This document shows positions 23,830-33,274 of a stretch of DNA of 46,976 nt, piece after piece. Every line of letters starts with the position of its first letter. Positions within the stretch are counted from its first letter, which is position 1. A program made the translations under genes and the position numbers. The notes under the pieces are model-generated. The model saw only the letters and a list, made by a program, of their open reading frames with translations, was not told where the DNA came from and searched no databases. The stretch is from Octopus bimaculoides (Eukaryota): assembly GCF_001194135.2 (NCBI RefSeq), contig NC_068985.1, positions 66,074,939 to 66,121,914 on the forward strand. The letters run 5' to 3'.

Positions 23830-24978
23830 TATGTGTATATACGTGTGTGTGTATGTGTGTGTGTGTGTGTGCGCGCGAGCGTATATGCGCGTATAGTATG
23901 TTATGTATTTCTCACACAGGCACATGTCCATTAATTTAACAGGAGGAGAAATATCACACCACATTTTGTCTGGAGCTCAATAGATTCTTTCGAACACTGA
24001 ACGAGAAAATTAATGGTAACAGCAACAAATATATAATTACAGTATAACTAATTCAAGAAAATATTCCCTTCAAGTTATTTGGATTCTCATACTGGTTCAT
24101 ATGCAATTCGAACCATTGAACGTAGCTACTTTAAACTATTTGAATAATTTTGGTGAAGTAAGATCAAGCGGCACCGTTGTTTAATATACCGCTTTTAAAA
24201 TTAAATGAAATGCTGCTATTATGAATATAGTTCTAAACTTGCTTCTTACAACATACACAGATGGCTCATTGAATGAGTAACTGAATAAGAAACTCTCAAA
24301 TTATCCAATCTGATATATAAATATATAATTCTGAGAAGTATGATACCAATACAAACAACACAAGGAATGCTGCATATATTATTGAGATATACTATATGTA
24401 GAACACATTAATACATATGTATATGTAGTTGTGGGATGTTATTCTATCAATGAACCAGAGGCAAAATTTGATGCTTGATAAGAAAAATTTAGTGCAGTTG
24501 TTAATATTGCCAACCTTGAAGCGTGTTGGCATTATATCAAAGGACAAAGTAAAGCAAAATACGAGCAAAACATCCAAACACGGTAGATCACTGGAAAAAA
24601 GAAAGGATAAATGAAAAACATCCGCGCATCAGATTTATAATTAACGTGAGAATTCTTTATAATTTAGCAATATAATTGAAAATATGACAATGTTCGTGTT
24701 AGAAGAATAGAGTGTACTGTACATAGCGTAAGCGTAAGCGTAAGCATACAACCACAATATGCGTGTATACCCATACACACGCATAGCATACTCATGCTGG
24801 GAAATCGTATGCACACAAACATGTGTGTATGTATGCGTGTGTAGATACATGGTAAACGAATAAAATGTGTAGACATGTCAAGCGACTGAGTGAGACAGAG
24901 AATGAGAGAAAAACAGAAAGAAAGTAAGAGAAGCAGAGAGATTAGGAGAGAGAAAAATGCAATGAGACGTCTGTGTGC

Positions 24979-25019
<41 letters not shown>

Positions 25020-26623
25020 NNNNNNNNNNNNNNNNNNNNNNNNNNNNNNNNNNNNNNNNNNNNNNNNNNNNNNNNNNNNNNNNNNNNNNNNNNNNNNNNN
25101 NNNNNNNNNNNNNNNNNNNNNNNNNNNNNNNNNNNNNNNNNNNNNNNNNNNNNNNNNNNNNNNNNNNNNNNNNNNNNNNNNNNNNNNNNNNNNNNNNNNN
25201 NNNNNNNNNNNNNNNNNNNNNNNNNNNNNNNNNNNNNNNNNNNNNNNNNNNNNNNNNNNNNNNNNNNNNNNNNNNNNNNNNNNNNNNNNNNNNNNNNNNN
25301 NNNNNNNNNNNNNNNNNNNNNNNNNNNNNNNNNNNNNNNNNNNNNNNNNNNNNNNNNNNNNNNNNNNNNNNNNNNNNNNNNNNNNNNNNNNNNNNNNNNN
25401 NNNNNNNNNNNNNNNNNNNNNNNNNNNNNNNNNNNNNNNNNNNNNNNNNNNNNNNNNNNNNNNNNNNNNNNNNNNNNNNNNNNNNNNNNNNNNNNNNNNN
25501 NNNNNNNNNNNNNNNNNNNNNNNNNNNNNNNNNNNNNNNNNNNNNNNNNNNNNNNNNNNNNNNNNNNNNNNNNNNNNNNNNNNNNNNNNNNNNNNNNNNN
25601 NNNNNNNNNNNNNNNNNNNNNNNNNNNNNNNNNNNNNNNNNNNNNNNNNNNNNNNNNNNNNNNNNNNNNNNNNNNNNNNNNNNNNNNNNNNNNNNNNNNN
25701 NNNNNNNNNNNNNNNNNNNNNNNNNNNNNNNNNNNNNNNNNNNNNNNNNNNNNNNNNNNNNNNNNNNNNNNNNNNNNNNNNNNNNNNNNNNNNNNNNNNN
25801 NNNNNNNNNNNNNNNNNNNNNNNNNNNNNNNNNNNNNNNNNNNNNNNNNNNNNNNNNNNNNNNNNNNNNNNNNNNNNNNNNNNNNNNNNNNNNNNNNNNN
25901 NNNNNNNNNNNNNNNNNNNNNNNNNNNNNNNNNNNNNNNNNNNNNNNNNNNNNNNNNNNNNNNNNNNNNNNNNNNNNNNNNNNNNTATATATATATATAT
26001 ATAATTAAGATTCCATTGAATTAGGTACTCGAATTGAGGCGCCTTGCTGGGTGAGTTTAATCTTTTGTGTAGAGAAAAGCCAGTTATATGGTTCCCGTAC
26101 ATTGAAAGTCGAGTAGATTGTCTGACATTAATCGATTTATCACCATAAACTAGGATACATTTGACAAATCCCAATGGATTTGATTCTAAATGGTTGAAGG
26201 CTACATTCTACATAAAGTCTTCTAAATATAAGTTACTAGATCACTCCTCTTTTTATCCTCGTCCCCCACAATTTCCTCTGCTACTCTTATTTAATGACCC
26301 TGAAATAAATTACATTATTTTCTAAACTCATTCTGCCACAGATATAACAAAAGAAACTATGTAAATATTTTGAGTTCCATTATTGATATGAATTTGCTAA
26401 GAAAATGGTTCTATCCTTTATGTTTCTAGTCTGTGCGGTCATCTGAAGACAAGGTTTTCTTTCAAACGATATAATGTTTTCATTAATCAATTAAAGGGGT
26501 CGCTTGAAACGGCTGAATTGACACCTATACATCTTTCTTACTCATATATATATCGTCAGTGGATAATATATCCGAAAAAGAAGCAGTAATGTATTTACAT
26601 GCAGTTAAATATATGTCCAATCA

Positions 26624-26687
26624 TAGAGTGGCCAATGGTTCCGCATCTATAAAGCGCTTAGCTTTATGGCGGACTCGTCAGACTCTA
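26624..26687 (-). ncRNA. Type I hammerhead ribozyme, left arm, with two core substitutions
   Basis: Minus strand reads UAGAGU-CUGACGA-GUCCGCCAUAAAGCUAAGCGCUUUAUAGAUGC-GGAA-CCAUUG-GCC-ACUCUA. Stem I is a perfect 6 bp, but GAAA is changed to GGAA and GUC to GCC. Confidence 0.8.
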
Positions 26688-27067
26688 ATGGTGGAAAGCA
26701 TATGACCCATCTTCGAACATGAGATAGAAATCTGTTACAGTCAGTTAATATGAAAAGAAAGAATAAATTACCATTTGAGGTTTAACCAGGACCAGTTATC
26801 TCCTTTAGAACAGTTCAGTTGGCAAATGTTATGGTCGCTTAGAGCCGGAAAAAGTCCTCGTTGTCTGGTAACAGCCTAAGGGTGGAGATTCCCTGTTCAC
26901 CCCTTAAGTTCATAAGATTTTCCACCTAAACTGGTCTGAGGGAGACAACTCCACCTGGATAAACTTCAAACGTTATTTTATTCTTAGTTTACAAATTAAC
27001 AGATCCTAACGGATTTCTACCTACGGTTTGACGAGGGGTTATATGCCCTCTAACATTTGTATACGTA

Positions 27068-27135
27068 CGTATACTCTGATGAGTCCTACATGAAGCTGAG
27101 CGCTTTATGGATGCGAAACCATTGGTCAGTCTATG
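27068..27135 (+). ncRNA. Type I hammerhead ribozyme, right arm, intact core
   Basis: CUGAUGA at 27076-27082, stem II CAUGAAGC/GCUUUAUG, GAAA at 27115-27118, palindromic stem III ACCA-U-UGGU, GUC triplet at 27125-27127, and stem I UAUACU/AGUCUA (5 of 6 pairs, extended by G-U and C-G). Confidence 0.88.
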
Positions 27136-27138
27136 AGC

Positions 27139-27140
<2 letters not shown>

Positions 27141-27205
<65 letters not shown>

Positions 27206-27305
27206 ACACACGCACAACACACACACAACACACACACACACGTATATGTAGATAAGTGTACATATCTATACATATTTTATATATATATAATGTATATATA
27301 TGTGT

Positions 27306-27354
<49 letters not shown>

Positions 27355-27440
27355 TATGTGTGCGCGTATGTGTATGTGTGTGCGTGTGCGAGTGTGTGTA
27401 TGTGTGTGTGTTTGTGCGTGTATGCAATACACATAAACAC
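27141..27440. repeat. (CA)n then (TA)n/(TG)n compound microsatellite
   Basis: Seen directly. Confidence 0.95.
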
Positions 27441-28752
27441 ATATATGAATGTATTTATGCTAGCGAAATGAGGTTTATAAGATAATAATAAATTCTAAGT
27501 ATTTAATCCTCCTGAAATATATTACATAAAGTTCGTTGCAATGTCAAAGTTGTGACTCACCAAATGGGTGGTTGCCAAAAGTATTTCGGCCAGAACGTCT
27601 TTAATATGGACAAAATTTAGCTTAAAAATTGGCTATCAGGTATTTTATTTTAATTTAATAGCTGGTACTGGTTACCACGACATACCGAAATACAAGAAAT
27701 CAGTTATGTTTATCAAGTCAAAAGTTGGCAAGTTTGACCTGCCGCCTATCTGACATTTGGCTAGATTCCATCATTACGAAAGGCTTATTTTACCAATATC
27801 ATTCAAATATGCTTTACATTCTTTAATATCATCCTAAAATGAATGACATGTTCCCTCGTTTATAAATATCCGACGTTCATTATTGCCCCCAAACCATCTA
27901 CTCATCTCAATTTAAACTTTTCCATTAAATATGAAGTGCATTACATCGAAGACATTTCACAGAGCACTTAGATACATAAATTAATGATATATGGCATTCA
28001 GTGAGATCATGTTTGTCTTTGTGTGTGCCAAATATCATATTAGGCGTGTGTTATTAGCACACCGCTGCTAAATGTAGTTATCTATGAATTCTTACAAAAT
28101 GTTTGAATAAGTTTATGCTGGCATATTTACATATGCGTATATATTAAATGCCACTCGTAGATACACATATGAAAAAGCACTTAAGCACAAAATTTCATCG
28201 ACAAACATGTATGACAGTAAATTAACATACGCAACCTCAGACATCTTTCCCTCTCTTTCTCTTTTTGTATCACAATATATCTCTCCACTTTTTCTTTTTT
28301 ACACTGACGTTACATCTTAAAGAGCAACAACAGACCACACAGTCATGCAGTGACGAAAGAAACTTGGCTGCTACTGACTATACATAGCTTCTTACAGGGA
28401 GGAAACAACGCAAGTGACACTTTCCATCGATGCGGGTAATATCCTGGCTGCCTGCCGCAAAATAATGAATACATTTGAACATTTTGTTTTATGCCTTTCG
28501 TTCACGGAAGTTCTTGAAATGTGAAATTGATCATGTTTGAATGTAGTGTACAAAGAACTACATTCACTTTAAAGATAGGATGGTTAATTCTGGTTAGTTG
28601 GGTGACCAGAAAATCAACGGTAGTTAGATTTCATATCAGAGTATCCTTCTTCTAGATAAATATTTTGATAAGAACTAAGGGTTCATCACTCTTAAAGATA
28701 TTTTACTGCGTGTACCGTCTCGAATTCTTCTGTATGTTGCTTCACACACACA

Positions 28753-28793
<41 letters not shown>

Positions 28794-29289
28794 NNNNNNN
28801 NNNNNNNNNNNNNNNNNNNNNNNNNNNNNNNNNNNNNNNNNNNNNNNNNNNNNNNNNNNNNNNNNNNNNNNNNNNNNNNNNNNNNNNNNNNNNNNNNNNN
28901 NNNNNNNNNNNNNNNNNNNNNNNNNNNNNNNNNNNNNNNNNNNNNNNNNNNNNNNNNNNNNNNNNNNNNNNNNNNNNNNNNNNNNNNNNNNNNNNNNNNN
29001 NNNNNNNNNNNNNNNNNNNNNNNNNNNNNNNNNNNNNNNNNNNNNNNNNNNNNNNNNNNNNNNNNNNNNNNNNNNNNNNNNNNNNNNNNNNNNNNNNNNN
29101 NNNNNNNNNNNNNNNNNNNNNNNNNNNNNNNNNNNNNNNNNNNNNNNNNNNNNNNNNNNNNNNNNNNNNNNNNNNNNNNNNNNNNNNNNNNNNNNNNNNN
29201 NNNNNNNNNNNNNNNNNNNNNNNNNNNNNNNNNNNNNNNNNNNNNNNNNNNNNNNNNNNNNNNNNNNNNNNNNNNNNNNNNNNNNNNNN

Positions 29290-29322
<33 letters not shown>

Positions 29323-29819
29323 CTCTATTGATTTAGTGTATTGTATATTACTTTTATCAATCTTCAATTAGAAATCTCACGGTTGTTTTGAAAACTAAGA
29401 TCATTGTTGAAAATTTACAGAGAACCAGGAAATCGCATTTTGTTTGAAACATGATTCTTCAGATGGTGTAAAAGTCTATGCAGATAGCATCAAATGTGTA
29501 GTCATAGGGGGCAACATCGCTAAACCTTATAGACCTTGTGATACACTTGTAATCTTCCTATCTTGAGAGTTATCTATTTACTTATCATTTTATGTTAAGA
29601 TGTGAATAATCTTAACTATGAGAGGAAATCTAAAATACAATCTTTCAATTATATCATTCTACTACTGTACAACTTTGTTAGTAAAACCTTAGCAAATCTT
29701 AACATACATTATATCATACATTGTATTCTTAGTTTCATTTCAGAGAAAATTTGATATGGCTAGTTTTGAACCCACAGTCCCAGTGAACTCTGGATTCCCC
29801 CCCCCCCCAAAAAAAAAGA

Positions 29820-29945
29820 ACGTATGGTTGCATGTTTAACATTTCGCATCGTAACCATGTGATTCTTTGCACCTTGGACAAGGGTCTTCTGCCACAGCCT
29901 CAAGTCTTGAGTGAAAGTCAAGAATGGCAGCTCATGTATGTATGT
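29820..29945 (+). mobile_element. Degenerate SINE 5' part (same family as 8421-8877)
   Basis: aaccatgtgatt...gcaccttggacaagggtcttctgccacagcctc resembles the reverse complement of 8780-8840. Confidence 0.55.
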
Positions 29946-29954
29946 ATATATGCA

Positions 29955-30292
29955 TGTCTGTCTTTGGCTGGCCTCAAATCTCACCTGCGAACCCATGGAA
30001 AACAAACTTCAGCCAGCTATTCTGATTATATGTCTGTGCACACGTTTGAATGTGGTGTGTGCCAGAGGGCTTGCAAATCCAATGGGGGTCTTAAAAGACA
30101 TGTTAGGATCCACAATGAGCAGAACCTACCTGCAGGTATTGGTAGTACAAATCAGAGGTGCAATCTGTGTGGGTGTTTTTTCAAAACATTGTCTGGTTTA
30201 AAAAGGCACATCAGACGCCATGAAAGGGCTAAGGTGTAGGTGCAGGAGGTGGTCAAACTCTGTGTAAGGAGTAGACAACCACCATACCACCA
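29955..30292 (+). mobile_element. Probable 3' end of an RTE-type LINE encoding C-terminal C2H2 zinc fingers, ending in an (ATGT)n tail
   Basis: In-frame CLSLAGLKSHLRTH (half finger), CGVCQRACKSNGGLKRHVRIH and CNLCGCFFKTLSGLKRHIRRH, stop at 30237-30239, ~50 bp of 3' UTR, then (ATGT)n. The linkers are long and lack TGEKP. Confidence 0.7.
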
Positions 30293-30590
30293 TGTATGTA
30301 TGTATGTATGTATGTATGTATGCAAGCATGTATGTATGTATGTATGTATGTATGTATATATCTATGTATGTATGTGTGTATGTATGTGTGTATGTATGTA
30401 TGTATGTATGTATGTANNNNNNNNNNATGTATGTATGTCTGTATGTATATATCTATGTATGTATGTGTGTATGTATGTGTGTATGTATGTATGTATGTAT
30501 GTATGTATGTATGTATGTATGTATGTATGTAGGCTTAACTTTGTGTGTGTGTGTATGTAGGCATATCTGTGTGTATGTATGTGTATCTCT
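30292..30590. repeat. (ATGT)n microsatellite
   Basis: Seen directly. Confidence 0.96.
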
Positions 30591-30963
30591 GTGAGTGAGA
30601 ATGTGTTTACATATATGCTGCTTAAAAAGAATTGCAGGGGTTATTTATGTTCGTCTAAACACTTTCGGGTGGTGTTCCAGAATAGCTGCAATCCAAAAAC
30701 CGATAACAAACTAAATGAATAAAAATATAAATACCATATTTAATTTAACGTGTTTAACTATATTATAATTGTAAGAATTACCATATGATGATTACAAATA
30801 CGTTTGACAGAACTGTGTTTTAGTTACACTTGTAACAGCTATATCACATACACGCACACATACACACACATACATGCACACATACTGGCATATATAAATG
30901 TATATACAAATACAAAAGTTTTTAGCATTACAATTAGATGCTATTAAAAAACTCCAATCAAAC

Positions 30964-30964
<1 letters not shown>

Positions 30965-31013
<49 letters not shown>
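30965..31013. repeat. (AG)n microsatellite
   Basis: Seen directly. Confidence 0.97.
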
Positions 31014-31016
<3 letters not shown>

Positions 31017-31164
31017 TAAACATGCAGCTGCTTCTCAAACTTTCCTCCATCTTGTTATCTTCTTCTTGCCCGCCCTCCTTGTGTTTAAATCTCACTATCA
31101 CTCTCTTGTATCTATATTTTAACACTTTTACTCAGCATTTCATTTCTTAGAATACTCTGTATCA

Positions 31165-31365
31165 CTCTCTCGCTCTCTCGCTCTCTCCCCCCCCTCTCTC
31201 TCTCTATCTCTCTCTCTCTCAGTCTCTCTCTCTCACTATCTCTCTCTCTCTCAGTCTCTCTCTCTCAGTCTCTCTCTCTATTTTTCTCTCTCTCTCTCTT
31301 TTTCTCTCTCTCTCTCTTTTTTTCTCTCTCTCTCTTTTTCTCTCTCTCTCTCTTTTTCTCTCTCA
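31165..31365. repeat. (CT)n-rich polypyrimidine tract
   Basis: Seen directly. Confidence 0.95.
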
Positions 31366-31747
31366 CTCATTCTCGTTTTTAACTTTCCCTGTCTTTCTGT
31401 TTCTCTCATGTTTTAGCGTTACACACAACGTAGGTAAATAGGAACGTACTGCTGTACTATTGTGTTCACCAAGAAACTTTATGAATATCTTTTGATTTGA
31501 TCATACGAGAGTTTGCCATGTCAAGGAAGTTCCAACTATTGCACAATATTATACATACATGTCTGTTAGTAAAACTTTCTAGCACGTAAAGAAAAAATTC
31601 CATTTGAAATTGGCCAAGAACCAACTTAGCCTGAGGGTACTTATCTTCCAATTACTAATCAAAATATATGTATCAACAGTTACTTAACGACGTATATATA
31701 AATACTGAGTGATATCTCCTTTCTTATACATAATCATACACTCATAT

Positions 31748-31870
31748 ATGTATGTATGCATGTATGTATGTATGTATGTATGTATGTATGTATGTATGTA
31801 TGTATGTATGTATGTATGTATGTATGCATGTATGTATGTATGTATGTATGTATGTATGTATATATATATA
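31748..31870. repeat. (ATGT)n then (TA)n microsatellite leading into a gap
   Basis: Seen directly. Confidence 0.96.
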
Positions 31871-33242
31871 NNNNNNNNNNNNNNNNNNNNNNNNNNNNNN
31901 NNNNNNNNNNNNNNNNNNNNNNNNNNNNNNNNNNNNNNNNNNNNNNNNNNNNNNNNNNNNNNNNNNNNNNNNNNNNNNNNNNNNNNNNNNNNNNNNNNNN
32001 NNNNNNNNNNNNNNNNNNNNNNNNNNNNNNNNNNNNNNNNNNNNNNNNNNNNNNNNNNNNNNNNNNNNNNNNNNNNNNNNNNNNNNNNNNNNATATATAT
32101 TACAAACACACACATACACACACATATATATACTCAAGTATGCATACATACGCACAGACACACACACATAACATATACATAGACTTACATAACACAAAGA
32201 TAAATTCATTTACAGTGTGTAAAGAAAATGAATTATTTTCATATATACAAAATAAATACTGATTTTCTTTCATATATCTCAAACCTGAAGTATATAAGAA
32301 ATAAATAATAAATTATATTGGCATATTAAAAAATTGTCAAATATTCTAAAGATTCTCAAACGCTCTAGTATATTTTCTTTGGCTAATGTGCAGGAGAGTT
32401 TCAAGTATTTTTCTCTTTGAAAACTTGGCATCGACAGTTTTCTTCATGACTTTTATTTATGTTATTAATTTTATGGTATCAGTTTTGATAGTATCTCTCT
32501 TTTTTTTTATTTCATTATTCTTCATGAACGGTCTGTAAAAGTATTTTGGCAAAGTAAACACATTACTACAAATTCATATAATGAAACTTTATGTTCTTCT
32601 GAAGAGTTTTTTTTTTTGTTATGGTCTTCGTGTTAATGCGTCCTATGGAAAATACGAATAAAATGCGAGGGAAATAAACAAATTATGAATCTAAAAAAGT
32701 TATGCACCTAACTAAATAACGACGGTAGTTCCCAGAGAATCTATACATTTACGAAACATTGAATTGAAAACACAATGAATTCTAAAAACAAAACGGTAGT
32801 AGAAAAAAATATGTAACTAATATCGAATCACTACCGGCAATATTTCCTTTTGTAGTTTCCTTCTAGATTTGGTAATGGAATAAAAGGGTTGAGATTGCAT
32901 TATGTCTTGTACTTCGACATAATTTCTGATGCATCTCTGGGTCTGGTTTCTAGTCAAGTAAAATAAATTGGATCCTCTATCTATTTCTAGTCCCAGGTTT
33001 CAGCAAGATTTCCACATCTATGATAAAATGTACAATAAAATGACAACTTATTACGATAGGGTGTCTCAAGAAGTCATTGCTATGAGATTACTTATAGTAA
33101 ACCGAATACTGACACAGTGTGCACGAGGATAGGTCACAAAGAAAAAGCATATGTGTAGGTTTAACAAACATACGTTTGACTTCGCTGTGGAAATACAACC
33201 GATAAGGCTTTCTCTTCAGAATGAGCAGAAATTAATTCATCA

Positions 33243-33274
<32 letters not shown>

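Larger units (their letters stand above)
26614..27143. repeat. ~530-bp imperfect palindrome: arms ~26614-26833 and ~26911-27143, spacer ~77 bp
   Basis: The left arm aligns colinearly with the reverse complement of the right arm: about 56/67 identical over the ribozyme part and roughly three quarters identical over the inner ~145 bp (counted by hand). Confidence 0.9.

Noticed and set aside
24429-24614. + strand ORF LWDVILSMNQRQ... as an exon
   Set aside because: Splice signals are weak and I recognise no family.
17741-25985. Large gaps bordered by (TA)n as a biological pattern
   Set aside because: This is typical assembly failure at AT dinucleotide repeats; gap contents are unknown and could hide features.
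26438-26478. CTGAAGA-caaggttttctttc-aaac-gata-ta-atg as a third hammerhead near the palindrome
   Set aside because: It needs at least two core or stem repairs and has only a 3-bp stem I, which is within chance.
31466-31651. Minus-strand ORF with a GTATGT donor as an exon
   Set aside because: The good acceptor gives stops in all frames, and the alternative lacks a pyrimidine tract.
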